Source: Paraspadella gotoi (lineage: Eukaryota; Animalia; Chaetognatha). Taken from it: 64,000 bases of DNA. Positions 24,401-38,144 of this stretch are shown here, in pieces. The DNA is taken from contig JBJCIZ010000263.1 of assembly GCA_051294375.1 (NCBI GenBank), positions 2,570-66,569 of the forward strand. The letters run 5' to 3'. How positions within the stretch are numbered: position 1 is the stretch's first letter; each line of letters starts with the position of its first letter. The translations under genes were made by a program, and so were the position numbers. Below the pieces are notes generated by a model. It searched no databases, was not told where the DNA came from, and saw only the letters and a list, made by a program, of their open reading frames with translations.

Positions 24401-26418
24401 AGCAAATGCAGGTTTGGAGTTCCATGCCTTTATGTAGAGGCAATCATCATCAAACGTTTACATGGGTATGCGCGGTAAACAGACCGACTTTAATCCTACG
24501 ACAAATACGCAATATCAGCCGACGACGTTTGCACAGCCACCTACTTACGCAACCCCCGCCTTCACCCCTCCCTCTGCCCCCTCTTATACCCCTTCGCCCA
24601 TGCCCCAGCCCCTCTACCAGGTGCCGGTGGCGGCGAACACTACAGCAACGACGGTGAACGGTGGTACCTTTGATCCAAATCAAACGATCCCCATGANNNN
24701 NNNNNNATCGATGTGTCTTAAAACAAAACATTGCTGATGAATTAAAACTAGATGTAACCCATATTCCCATGAGAATCAGGACCCTCGATAGCGATCAAAC
24801 AATGCATCGGGATGTGGCCGATTTCAATGTGGAACCGCTTGATGGAACTTTTTCCATTTCCGTCCACCGCGCGATTGTGGGAAAACTGCNNNNNNNNNNN
24901 NNNNNNNNNNNNNNNNNNNNNNNNNNNNNNNNNNNNNNNNNNNNNNNNNNNNNNNNNNNNNNNNNNNNNNNNNNNNNNNNNNNNNNNNNNNNNNNNNNNN
25001 NNNNNNNNNNNNNNNNNNNNNNNNNNNNNNNNNNNNNNNNNNNNNNNNNNNCCAATCTCCCTGACAAGGAGGTTGGAATGCTCCTCCCAGCGGGATTTGC
25101 CTATACTTGGATCGGCGGTGAAGTACGACGTGGCGCTGCAGATCAGCCAATCGCACTCATGACCGACTTTGGTTGGACCCTCGTTGGTCCGCGGCCTGGT
25201 ACGGACGGGAGTGATGTCCACTGTGCCCGTATCACTGCGGAGTACATAGAGGAAGATGAGAGAAAAATCCAAGAAGATATTCGACGCTTATTTCATCGTG
25301 ACTTTGTTCCGGCGCCAAGTGCAACAAAGCTTCCATCTGTTGAAGATGAGTACGCCGTGAAACAATTGGAATCAACCANNNNNNNNNNNNNNNNNNNNNN
25401 NNNNNNNNNNNNNNNNNNNNNNNNNNNNNNNNNNNNNNNNNNNNNNNNNNNNNNNNNNNNNNNNNNNNNNNNNNNNNNNNNNNNNNNNNNNNNNNNNNNN
25501 NNNNNNNNNNNNNNNNNNNNNNNNNNNNNNNNNNNNNNNNNNNNNNNNNNNNNNNNNNNNNNNNNNNNNNNNNNNNNNNNNNNNNNNNNNNNNNNNNNNN
25601 NNNNNNNNNNNNNNNNNNNNNNNNNNNNNNNNNNCGTCAACAAGATCTCAAAGAAGAAACCGATTTGGACCCTTCCACTTCACGTAGTAGTACGACATGA
25701 TAAAAACAAAGTACGTATTTGTCATGATGCACGCGCAAGCGTGAAAGGTAAATCTCTCAATGACGAGTTGTTGACTGNNNNNNNNNNNNNNNNNNNNNNN
25801 NNNNNNNNNNNNNNNNNNNNNNNNNNNNNNNNNNNNNNNNNNNNNNNNNNNNNNNNNNNNNNNNNNNNNNNNNNNNNNNNNNNNNNNNNNNNNNNNNNNN
25901 NNNNNNNNNNNNNNNNNNNNNNNNNNNNNNNNNNNNNNNNNNNNNNNNNNNNNNNNNNNNNNNNNNNNNNNNNNNNNNNNNNNNNNNNNNNNNNNNNNNN
26001 NNNNNNNNNNNNNNNNNNNNNNNNNNNNNNNNNNNNNNAATGCCCGACGAAGAAACCGCTCGCGAGATTAAGAAGGGCCTGACTGAAGCTCTTCGCCGCG
26101 GCGGGTTCGAGTTGACGAAATGGAAATGCTCTGTGCCAAGTGTTCTGGAAGACGAACCTGATCAAGCGACGGACACAACGAAAACGTTTACTGATGGAAA
26201 CGATAATGACGTGAAAGACGAACGACCCCGAGATAAAGTATTGGGTGTTGCATTTTCATTTTTTGATGATTATTTTTCCCCATGCATTAATCAGGAAAAA
26301 GTGTTAAAACGTTGTATTACAAAAAGACAAATTTTGTCTCTTACCGCCAGCCTGTACGATCCACTGGGCATCGTTTCGCCGTTTACGCTGAAAGGACGCA
26401 ATTACTTCCAGCGCGCGA
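21462..26418 (+). CDS. BEL/Pao Gag-PR-RT, copy 2 (partial, gapped, frameshifted)
   Basis: Starts MASAPENDG... Contains zinc knuckles at 24260-24460, KVRICHDARA, GGFELTKW and ASLYDPLG. Breaks off at ~26418. Confidence 0.88.
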
Positions 26419-26432
26419 AAAGAGAGGAGAAT

Positions 26433-27480
26433 GCCGTCGTCAGAACTTCAGAGTTGAGGGTTATTTTTGTCAGGCAGTATCAATGTTTGTAATTGAGAGA
26501 AACCAAATCTTTCCCACACTCCTCCCCATGGGCAGGGAGGGAGGGCCAAATCAGCCATTCGACTTACCGTACTACTATCATTTTTTTTATGCACTTGCTC
26601 CTCTCTTCCATTTTTTCACTGCCGCTTTCCAACTCTGAATCCGCCCCCGTAAGTTGGTTCCTTATCACTGAAAATTTTTTTCGATCCCAGGGCGATTATA
26701 AGAGTATCATAAAGGATGAAGATGCAATAAATCGTGGTAGAACTTCTAGATGGATAGCCCTTGATTAAACACGTATACAAAGCTACCCAACGTTTGGCAC
26801 TGGCCCCGGCCACTCATGCACGACGTGAAATGGCCAAAGATGTCGACGGCCACTGCGAGAATGTTCTCCAATCGTCAGACAGGTCCTCGGGTATGTCGGC
26901 CTATCTTTTGCATCGCGGGGGTCGGAAATTCTTTTTAGACAACTGACGCATCGTTTAATGACGGACCTCGCAACCCTTGCGCATTGAAGGAATATGAAAT
27001 CCGGCGCCGGATGTTTGCGAGTACGTGTTCAACGCCAGTGCGCTTCTTGCTCGTGAAATGGCGGATGTAATCTCGTACAATTTGATCATTTTTTGGTAAA
27101 GCGACAATTGGATGTCGCGTTTCATCAGGCTAAATCTCTTGTTTCCTCAATCGGTCTCAGTAAATTTGATATATTTGATTCGTCGCGGAAGACGTCATGA
27201 AATGGGTGAGCTTGGCGCAGTGGGGAATCGTGATCTGCATTAAACTCAGATCTATGCATTCCTCCGAGAGCGAAACATTTATTTAATCCTCTCAAAAGTG
27301 TGTGCGGGTACTCACTGTCTGGAAAAAAATACCAGAAGCTGCAAGCGCATCGAATATCCATTGAGGAGATAATTTTCTGCATCTTTAAAAAATCTTTAAA
27401 TCAGCCATTTTATCCTTTATTGGTCTATGTTCAAATCTGCGTCTTGGCGCAATGAAATTTACTCCAAATTACAATCCATC
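26433..27480 (-). mobile_element. Inverted BEL/Pao integrase fragment
   Basis: Reverse complement of ~16850-17830 (SAKRWVALYTCL; HEQEAH region), joined directly to the plus-strand RT of copy 2. Confidence 0.85.
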
Positions 27481-29469
27481 ATTTGTCCATCTCTTTCTAC
27501 CACTGAAAAGAATCGTTTTGAGCCTTCGTCTTTTATATCTTTAATCTCGGTCACAATGAAACGCGTCCCTTATTTTAAACGACATTTTTACGGTCAATTT
27601 TTTTTGCTATGGTCGTCTCAACGTTTGGCAGGAAATCTCGATACAAATTAATCAATTGTGGTTTCATGGATCGAATCAGAACTTTAATCGTTCCGTTTAC
27701 GAAACTTCAGTATTCCTACGAATTCTTGTTAAACAAGTGATTTTGTATGTGTTTATTCGTGTTATTTCCCTCAATAAAAGATGCGTTTTCTAGAACTCTT
27801 TGTACGTACATTTTGGAATCGGACGATGCTATGGAACGTTTAGTCATCCGAGCAGGGCGAGAAGATAGATTACTTCATACAGTAGAAATAACAGAATGAA
27901 ACTGCTTTCGCGGATATATTCCGTTCGAATTTTTAAAACAGAAAAATGACGACATCAAAAGATTCTCACTGCGTCATCGATTGAACACGTATCAAATATG
28001 AAGATATAACTGCTTATCATTAAAAAGTTGTCGCCGCTAAATTTTTAATATTTCTCCGTTAACACATTTATTCGAACAGTGTTTACAATGGTGATTGTGG
28101 AAAAAGAGAGATTTACTTTGTTTCTTTTTTGGTCCCTGAAAAAAATAAAGGCTCTATGAATGCGAAACAAGGACTAAAGAATCGCCAACGAAATCATTAG
28201 AAAAGAATTGAGAGACGATTGTGTAAACACCTTTGAAAAAATTCAATTTCCTGCGTGAACCACTGTGCTCCATTCAATATGAGGCGGCAATGGAAAAGAG
28301 ATTAAATGGCAAGACTGGCGGTCTCAAATTGATAAATTGATAAGAAGACGAATTTTAATCTCTAGCTATAAATATCATGAGCCATGCGCCGTATACAAGT
28401 ACAGAATCTGCAATCCGTTTTAACGAAAAAAACATGTTGATTCTAGAGCGGATTCGGTTCAGTTCATCGCCTCCTGTCACTTTTTCGAACGCACAAGGCC
28501 CACATCTAAACGATGGGGAGGAGACAAAGTCGAAAACGAATGGGAGGAGAAATCTACTTCCGTCTCTTTAGCTTTCAACGATTCCCCAAAGAAGCCCGAA
28601 AAATCATTACAACGAATTTTAAGCGAATTGAGAACAACACAACGAGGCCGTTGTAACAGCCGTCTTCCTACTATTCTTCGCGCGACATGTGAGAACTCTT
28701 CTCATCCTTTACTAGTCAGTTTGGACTACGATCTTGCCGTCTGCTTTTAGATTTTCGTAGTTTAGCACGTCGGAGAAAGGTAACTAAAATTAGCATGAAT
28801 CAAACAGATTGTGACACTTTCAATGTTCCTGAGAACCAGGTCACGTGCCCGGCCTTATGCGAATCCTAAAGAGTCGGTGGCGAGCTCTGATATTTGTGAT
28901 GCCGGCACCAACTCTACTCTCCCATGACAACTTCATTGCGTACCAGTGACGAGAACTCGTGCAGTTTCAAATTGCCGGAAAAGACTTTGAAATGCGAATC
29001 TGATGACTCAACCTAAGATTGGTGTCACAGGATAACATCGATGCACGACGAGCCTCCCATAAACTGAGAAATCTGATAGAGTGTAATACATGAGTTTATT
29101 ATACATATGAATTCCTATAGGATTGAAACCAAAAAGATGAAAAAAAAATGAATAAGTGAAAGGAAATGTTTTCTTTGTTTATATTAAAACTATCGTTTAA
29201 TAGCAATGAAATGAATTTTATACACGTTTGCCTCACGCTTCATTGAATTGATTATCTAATTTACTGTGGTTTTTTTATTTTTGCGTGATATATTTTAGAC
29301 TCGTCTTTAATTTTTGTCAATGTTTTATATTGACAGATGGGGGAGCAAAGAAGTTTTGCCTGATACTTTAATATCTGTTTATCTTCTAGTCACATGACGC
29401 GTCCTTATTTTAAGATTTATTTATGGTCAATTTTTTGCTCTGGGACATTCTAACGATAAATATTGACCG

Positions 29470-29645
29470 GCCGTAGCCATCATGGCTGGCATCACGAAAA
29501 TACATGAGCTCCGCGGGATCGTTGTGTTTCTTGCTGTGCATCCATCGCGGGAGCTTGATGGACTCCATTCTGGCATTGTGTTACGCCAGGTTTGAAAGTC
29601 CTGATGAGATCATCTGGCAGCGTGGAATTCCACAGTGCCGCTGAT
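29470..29645 (-). mobile_element. Short BEL/Pao RNase H fragment (ELHVFSDASHDGYG region)
   Basis: CCGTAGCCATCATGGCTGGC...GAGCTCCGCGGGATCGT is the reverse complement of ~16020-16192. Confidence 0.8.
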
Positions 29646-29685
29646 TGCTTATCGTTCGAGNNNNNNNNNNNNNNNNNNNNNNNNN

Positions 29686-32600
29686 CTTGATTTTGTGGTA
29701 CAGTTTCTGCGATACACTACTACACCATAGCCATCATGGCTGGCATCAGAAAATACATGCAGTTCCGCGGGATCTTCTGTTGTTTCTCTTGTGGCGATCC
29801 ATCGCGGCAAGCTTGATGGACTCCAGTTCTGGCACTGTATTCGCCAGGTGTTGAAAGTCCTGTACGAGGTCATCCGGAAGAGGTGAATCCCCAGTCCGTT
29901 GATCGCTTCATTTCGCAGCGTTGAAAGTAATTACGTCCTTTCATGTAAATGGTGAGAAATCCCAATGGTCGTACAAGCTGCTCGTTAGGGATAGAAAATT
30001 TGTCTTTTATGATGCAACGTTTCATGACTTATATCTGGTTACACAAGGGGAAAATAATCATCAAAATGATAGAAAGCAACACCCAATACTTTATTCTCTT
30101 GGGCGCTCATCTTTGGTGTGCGTCGTCATTTCCATTGTAAGGTCTAATCTCTTCTCACCGATGCTCTCGTGATTGTCCGCTTCGCTCATCTCTCTCAGCC
30201 ACAGGGAACTGAAATTCGCAAAAATTATGTTCCAACTTCGAAAGGCGCCACAAAGCGGAGGGCTTCGACAGAAGGACCCTTCTTACAAACTCACGCGCCC
30301 AGTTTCTCCATTTGGGGTAGAACGAGGAAATCATCGCATAGAACTGTCGGATAATGGCTTCGACGAACATTCCATTGGAAGCTTTCCGCATTCCCAACGT
30401 CTTTTGCGTGAGTCTTGAGGTGCTAATTTGCGACAACGGTGAAACTCTTTGCGGCCTAAAAATGTAGCACTCTACAGTTCCGAAGAGAACAGTTTGCGTT
30501 ACAAGTATGCATCCGCTCGTACCACGCAATAAACGAAAGCAATGATATCAATTTTCATCGACAAATACTTGATGGAAGAAGCGCGCGGTATCCGCGGCCA
30601 GCTGCGCCACTATGACGATACGAAATCGGAGATAACAGCCCAGCATATTCGTACAATGTAGTCGGGTCCAGTGAAGTTAATTGCGTCATTAAAACATTTA
30701 CCTCTCACGTTGCACGTGACGTCGTGGCAATTCGTACTTTGTCTTTGTCTCGTGTAGCGACAACGTGACGGGAAAGGTTTTCCAGATTGGTTTATGCGGG
30801 GGGACATCGTCTGGTGTCAACTCTACGAGCAATTGGACCTTCCTTCGAACAGAATTTTTTTCATTTTCTTCATTTACCGCTTTTTTTAAGTCAGCAGGGA
30901 TATCTATTGAGTTTTCGGATAAGAGATGTTAAACCGGTTTTAAAATGCCATTGTTGGCAGAAAATCTCTACTATTCAATATTCTGCTCGCCTTTTCCCTA
31001 CCTCTCATTGGCCAGGGTAAACCGACCGAAAATAAATGACCTTCTTTCTCGTCAAATCGTATGTGGTCTTCAAGTTGTTTTATCCGGCGTATTCGTCTTT
31101 CAAGCCGCTGACGCAGCTTCTTAGCACTAAGGCGCCGGGACGAAATCGGCGGATGAAAACAGACGTCGAGATGTCTTCTTGGATTTTCTTCTCATCTTCT
31201 TCGAACATATGTCCGCTGTTATGCGGGCACAATGTATATCATCTTGCTGCTCATACCGGGCCGCGGATCAGCTAACAAGCGTCCAGAGCCAAAAATCGGT
31301 CATTAATGCAATCTGGCTGATCTGCGGGGCCACGTCGAACTTACGCCGCCTATCCGTATAAGCGAACCCTGCTGGGAGGAGCAGTCCAACCTCCTTGTCT
31401 GGGAGGTTGGGAAGGAAACCGCCTTACTAGGTGTGTGAGTTTTTCGCGGCCACATCTTCAATGAAGGGGGAGGTCATCCTTCGCGACGTCAAGCAGTTTT
31501 CCCACTAATTGCGCGGCGTACAGAAAGTGAGAAAGTTCATGCGAGTGGTTCCGACATTGAATCGGTCACTTCTCGATGATCGTCTGGTCGCAATCGAGGG
31601 TCCTGATTCTCATGGGAATACGCATTACGTCTAATTTTAATTCGTCCCAAGCCGATATAAATTTTTCTTTTCAAAAACACACCAATCGATTACAATCCTG
31701 AGTCTATCATGGCGTAACGTGTGCGCTTGCGTCCGCGCCGATTTCTCGACGAACCGGCAACAACTGGACGAAAGGTCGACCGCCTGGGGCGGACGCAACC
31801 GGCCAGGTCGCAAGCCTTGAGGTCGGCCGTCACCATGCCGCCACCGGAGGAGGAGGTGGACGCTAAAACTTATAGGAATTGTCCTGATTCAGATCCGGTA
31901 ATTCCGCTATTACACCGTCGATGTGATGTGGCCGCGCTTGGCGCTGATAGAGGGGCCTGGGGCATTGAACGCAGGGGAGGTAAAGAAGGACAGTAGGATG
32001 GGGAAAGCGGGAGGTGCATAATGGGGGTTGTACATATGTGTCGTTTGTTGGCTGATATTGTCGTATTTGTATATGGGGGGGTGGATTGGATCGACGCGCA
32101 CTGGCGCCATCCCATTAAGTCGGTGATGGTTACTCTACAGTAAAGAGCACAAAGACCCAAACCTAACATTTACTCGCTAAAATGGTTACCAATTCCAAAC
32201 ATTTAAAACAAATCTTCTGGCCTAGAATAGATCAGCTCTTGCCTGGATTCCAAGCCGCTAAGTATCCGCGCACATTCCCAAACCATGTGAGCTTAGGCCG
32301 CAGAAGTGACAATGCTGGTCGTTGCAGGCCGGACCGGCCAGTTGCATGCGTAATTGGGGTCCCTGGATTCTTGTTGGATGCAATGGACTGTGTCTGTGTC
32401 GCCCGAAATCTGCGTCGACTGAACAGATTGTGGCAAACATAAGGTTCTTCGCTGCCTGGTGGTTTGGCTTGCTGTGCTGCGACATAAGCCGCAACCAGTA
32501 TCCACTGTGGGCCGGCAAGAGGCCGATCTGCACTTGTTCCTTGCTCCGGTCGTCGTCTTCGTCTTTCCGGTTTTGGGGTGGCTGTGTGGTCGGCTATGCG

Positions 32601-35030
32601 TCCAGACAGGAGTCAAATGATATCAGTTAGATTTGATTCTCCACCTGGAATTCGGAAGGGCCCCCACCCGTTATTGCATCGCGGGGGGGCAATTCAATTG
32701 CTATCAACGCGCTACCCGAGGCCAGTTGACGTTTTCTTTTTTTGTAGTATAACGGACCTTAAACCGCTTAAAAGCGTGTATTTTTAAAAAATTGATAAAT
32801 CAGTAGATTGTTCTTTTTCGGGTTGGTCAGCATACAAACATTGCGTTTCCTCTGCAAATTTTTTCTTTCCACTGAGGAATTTTGTTTCTAGGATCTCGGC
32901 AATACCGTATCCCTGTTCAAATTCACGAATACGACCTTGCCTCTGCTATCCCTCAATTTTCTCCAACCGGGTAATTGTCTCGTCATATCAGGTAGCTTCG
33001 TCACTTACCTCCAGCAAGACAATCTCGCAGGCATTTCATGACAGGATGAAGCGTTCCGTCGACGAACTTCGTCGTAACATTTCTATCGCTTCGGAGACCG
33101 CCAGCGCATAATTCAACGACGCGTGAAAATATTTCTGTAACTTTAACCTTGCAAGGCCTCCAAATCCAAAAGCGTAATTCTTTGATGCCGCATTTGCGTC
33201 CGGTAACGCCAGGTTGTGACATCACCGATTCCATTGTTGCATTGATGGATCTCAACACCACTTTGTTTTTGAATCCTCACTTCATGAAGAACCTCCTCTG
33301 GGCGGAGGTGCTCTTTCAACATCCGAATCGTTTAGATTCAGCCGATTGCGAAAATAGAATATCTTCAAACTGAGGATTAGCCATAGGTATGAGTCCGCCA
33401 GTGTAACGGGAGGTTGGGGAGAAAAATCCTGGCAGCCGTTCCTGGCTTCAGCTAGACCTCCCCCCACCTTGTACTGTCGGGGTCGGCATTTGATACGGAC
33501 TGCGTCTCTCATCGCCGAGCTCTTGTTCTAACCGGCGGATCGTGCTCAGGTTAATTTTTATGTGGAGTTGAGTCATTGGGGACATTGCGGCGGCGGCTCC
33601 GCACTTTGTCTAGGGAGGCATTGATTCATGTAGGGCGTGCGTCAAACGCGATTGTTTCACGGCGGTGGCACTGTGGCGGCGGTGAGCGGTTTCCTGCCGA
33701 TTGAGGGGGTGATCCTCTCTACCGCCGTGGCTACCTGATTGAGAGTCATCGCCATCCGTTGTTCTCTCTCTCTTTTCAAGAAAATTTGTGTCATCGTTCT
33801 CTTTCTTGATTTCTGTTCATTGAGGATCCTAATATCTGCTCTTTCTCACGACGTCTCTCTTCTCTCTCTGCTTACTAGCACCTGATTTTGTCGTTAGCTA
33901 AAGGTTTCAATGCGAAAGACATTCGCCAGAAATAACTGCGACGCCGACGGGCTGTTTTGCGCTGAGAAAGTGGACTTGACCGACGATCAGCTGGGGGTAC
34001 AAATCCTTCCGCTTTGGCTCTCAGAGCTCTCCCTCGGCGCCATGGCATCGTCGTTGCAATGGTCGTGCTAAAGTCGCTGCTGCCTCATAGCGGCATCGGA
34101 CTCATGCCGTCGGCCGGCCTCACGATTTACTCCCTCTAGAGCTCTTAATTCTGCATGTCCTCTGCAGCCGGCTGTTTTTACCGCTGAGAACTATTGCCGT
34201 CTTTCCGCTCGCCTGCTCCGCTATCCGAGCTGCGCGGTTCCCGCTGAATTCGTTCCAGTTCTGGGAATATTCTTCCTCCTGCAGTGTCTTACTCTCGTTG
34301 TGTGTAGCTCAAAAGCTCGTCTGTAGCACTTCCTCCCTCCTCTCCTGTCTGCTGTAAGACTAACGAGGTAGGAATTGTAATCTAATAAAGACTGACGCGT
34401 TCGGCACGTTCGGAGGGCCGTGCGTCCATCCTATCGGCATTGTTTTATGGTCGTCGACCAGCTCGATGTTGTGCTGCTGCGCGCTGCTTCTGCGCTTCGT
34501 CTGCCTGTGTTGACGGTCGGAGGGTTTCTGTAATGCAACAGTATTGCGTGGCGCTGTGAGGTTGCCAGCGGATATGATCCCACGACATTGATCTCGTTCC
34601 AGCTTTTAGTCTATCGTTTGGAAGGGTCAAGCGAAAAGCTGTAGTTGGTATGCGGAACTGTTTGACGCAGAAATCGGGTCTTCTAGATGCAATTGGTTCA
34701 TCATCCAAAACCGCCATAGCCCCCCCAACCGTCAGGGAGTGTTATCCGTCCACCCCATCCCAATCGTATCGTACAGATCTCGAAGTTGGGGCGCATCAAT
34801 CACCTCCAAAGGGGGAAGGGGTTTATCGGCGTGGCTGATCTACAATATCTGGTCGGTATGCTTCAAAACGTTATCCAACTTCTTCGGTGTAAATTCGCTG
34901 TCTGAGGGTCGTGGTTGCCGAGGCTATCGCATTCGCATGATTCTCTCAGGAGACCCTCCCTGGTCCGTACCATACGTGACCGGGTCAGACAAACCTGTGG
35001 GAGCTGCCTTGGTCACTCATTGTCCGCGCC
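29686..35030 (-). mobile_element. Diverged sister-lineage BEL/Pao copy (gag-PR-RT-RH start), degraded
   Basis: Collinear in reverse with the main family: LPRWIATRETTEDPAELHVFSDASHDGYGV, GPDY, QHCHFCG, MSQPGVT, RSMSWDH. It has many substitutions relative to the main family. Confidence 0.85.
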
Positions 35031-35039
35031 CAACTGCCC

Positions 35040-36891
35040 CTAGGCGGTATATCCTGTGCGGCTTGGGGAACAAGCCGGCCCACCGACGGGCCCGTCAAGG
35101 CGTGCCCGCCAGGGTGGCGGAGAGGGCTGCGCGTGCAGGACCACGCCTACGGCACTCGACCCGGCGCGCGCGAAAAGCCAGAGGGGCGGCGGCGCCGCGG
35201 CGGGTGCGGGAAAAGACGCGACATGCAGCGAGACGCGCAGGCGGACGACACAGCGGAGAGAGGAAAGGCGGGCGCCCGCCACAACAAAAACGCCGGGCCC
35301 GGAGGGCGCCACGCGCCGCCGCGGCCGGACCGCCCCGGGAAGGGGCCACCAGGGTCGCGGGCGCAAGCGCTGGTGCGAACAGCACACGGTTAGGAAGTGG
35401 GAAGCAGCCGCCCAAAGGTAAACAAATGAGAGCGGGAAATACAGCCGCAGAAAGGCTATCGCGGCATATCTAAAGCGCGGGAAATCGAACAGCAGAAAAT
35501 ACGGCCCGGCCGAGGCTCAGCCCGACGCGAGCAACTGCGCGGGCGTAAGCACGAGGACAGAGATCGCGGAGAAGTAGGCGCGAGCACGAGATGAGGCCAA
35601 CGAAGGAGAGCTCCGGAGCGGCGGGGGACGGGCGCGGACGAGAGGGAGCGAACCCGGAGCCCGAGACGGCGCCGGGGTCGAGACCCGGCAGCGCCGGGAC
35701 CGCGGGGGGGGGCGGCCCACCGAGGCCGGCGCCCCGCGTCCGCCGCCGGAAGGGGGCGCGCGCGAAGGCCGACGGCCCCGGCCCGCCCAAGACCCGGGTC
35801 CGCCGCACACAGAAAACGCGCGGCGCGCCGCCCAGACCCGCAGGACCCCGGAAGAGGGGAGAGGAGACGGAAGCGGCGAAGGGGAGGCGGGGCAAGACCC
35901 GGGGGCACACGCGGGCAAGAGGCACGAGGGCGAGCAGCAGACAGGCGGGGGCGGCGCAGGGGCAGCCCGTAAGCGGGGGAGCGAAAAGGGCTCGCCGGAA
36001 AGGGGGGGCACGCAGGAGGAGGCCGCCAATAAGACCCGAGTAAAGGCCGGGGCCCGCAAGAGAAGGTGCCCGGAAAAAAGCCGTGGAGAGACGCGGGCAA
36101 AACGGGAAACTAGGAACGAAAAGGAAAAAGAAAAGCAGACCGAAAGCACGAAAGGAAAAGAAACATAGGGGACCAAGGAAAGAAGAGAACAAGGACGAAA
36201 GGAGAAAAGAAGAGGGAGGCAGCGCGCCGGCAAACAGAGGAGGGGAGGGCGTCGGACGCCGCCAACCGGGTGCGCGGAACCGGACGTGGGCGCACGCGCG
36301 GCCGCCCGGGGACGGCAGGCCCGGGGGCGGCCCGGCCGGCCGACCGGGCGCCCACCGGGCGGGGAGCGGGGCGGCGCCGGGGGGGGGGCGGCGTCGCCCG
36401 ACCCCACGGCGCACGCAGCGCGCCCGCGGCCTCGCGCGGGCCCAGGGACCCAAGCGCCCGACAGACCGGGCACCGCGCACCCCCCCCCCCAACACGCCCC
36501 AAGCCCCGGCCCCGGGCCGCGACCCAGGGCGGGCCCGCCGCCCGCCGGGCACACGACGGCCACCCCGGGCAGGACGGCCGGCGGGGCCCACGGCGGGCAC
36601 GGCGCCGGGGGGCGGGGCGGGCCCGCGGCCGGGACCGGAGGACCGGGCCCTGGCGCCCCAGGCCGGGAGGGGGGGCCGGGGGGGGGGGGCGGGGCCCGGC
36701 CCCGCACCCGCGCGGCGGAGCCACCGGCGGGGCCGGCGCGCCGCGGGGCGCGCGGCGCGCCGAGTGGCTCCCGCCGCCGGAGCGGGGCGGGGCGGCGGGC
36801 GCCACGGCGCCGGCGCGCCCGGCGGTAGGAGCCGGGACCCGGCGGCACGGCCGGCCCGGCCCCGCCGCGGCGTGGGAGCTGCGGGCGGCCC
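35040..36891. other. Extremely GC-rich low-complexity stretch, probably a sequencing or consensus artefact
   Basis: Near absence of T on the plus strand, no recognisable motif or period, open in most frames, and abrupt joins to BEL/Pao sequence on both sides. Confidence 0.5.
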
Positions 36892-38064
36892 AGCTACGGC
36901 GTCACTATTTATCGTAGAACTGTCCCACCTACTGACGGAAAATCTCATGTTGCCTTTATTATGTCCAGGTCCCGAGTGACGCCGGCCGATTCCTCCAAAG
37001 CGTCTCACCACAACTCGATCCCGAGATTGGAGTTGACGGCGGCATGCCTCGGCGCAGAGATTCGACACACCGTGGTAGAAGAGATGACAAATGACCGGTT
37101 TGAAAAAGTAGTAATGTGGACTGATTCTGAAACGGTTTTGAAACAAATTTTTGANNNNNNNNNNAAATTTGCAGCTTTCTTTAAAAACCGTTTATCTCGA
37201 ATTAGGGAATTAACCGATGTCACGGAATGGCGCTACGTCGCGACGGATGAAAATCCCGCTGACGATTGCAGCCGAGGTCTTCCTGCTGGTGACCCAAAAT
37301 GGCAACGTTTTCACAATGGCCCCGACTTCTTGTGGCGCCCAGAAGCGGAGTGGCCGGAACAGAAGCTGTCCGCGAAACCACTCCCAGCAGACATCCTTAC
37401 GACTGAGGCCGACGAAGATGTCGAGACGGCCACGGATAAACGCTCAAACAAAAAATCCAATGTAGAACATTGGGCCCTTCGAGTCGCACGCCAATGTTCT
37501 GACTCCCATAAAAAACTTCGTTTGATTGCGACGATGAAACACGCGATCACGAGATGGATTGAATGGAGAAAAGCATTGCGCCAAGACGCAGANNNNNNNN
37601 NNNNNNNNNNNNNNNNNNNNNNNNNNNNNNNNNNNNNNNNNNNNNNNNNNNNNNNNNNNNNNNNNNNNNNNNNNNNNNNNNNNNNNNNNNNNNNNNNNNN
37701 NNNNNNNNNNNNNNNNNNNNNNNNNNNNNNNNNNNNNNNNNNNNNNNNNNNAAGATGCAGAAATTATCCAATGCCGAGCGCTGCAGCTTCGCTATTTTCC
37801 AGACGAGTACCGCCAACTTCGAGAGAAAAATGTTCGCTNNNNNNNNNNNNNNNNNNNNNNNNNNNNGACACGTTCCCCACTGCGCCAGCTCAACCCATTC
37901 CTAGACCCTGCGGACGTTATACGAATTGGCGGCCGAATTGGGAAAGCGAATTTAGCCTATGAAACGCGACATCCAATTGTGTTACCAAAAAATGATCAAA
38001 TTGTACGAGATTACATCCGCCATGTTCACGAGCAAGAAGCGCACGCTGGCGTTGAACACGTACT
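36892..38064 (+). mobile_element. BEL/Pao RNase H to integrase zinc-finger fragment
   Basis: SIPRLELTAACLG, WTDSETVL, FFKNRLSRI, ENPADDCSRG, WQRFHNGPDFL, IGGRI, HEQEAHAG. Near-identical to 16184-17237. Confidence 0.92.
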
Positions 38065-38103
38065 NNNNNNNNNNNNNNNNNNNNNNNNNTTTTTCGCGGT
38101 CCA

Positions 38104-38144
<41 letters not shown>

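Noticed and set aside
24748-26165. Long ORFs containing X runs
   Set aside because: Their length is inflated by N gaps; the real sequence is BEL/Pao pol.
35040-37146. Long ORFs of 200-558 aa in several frames
   Set aside because: Extreme GC content suppresses stop codons. The products are R/G/P/A low-complexity with no motifs, and the stretch is probably artefactual.
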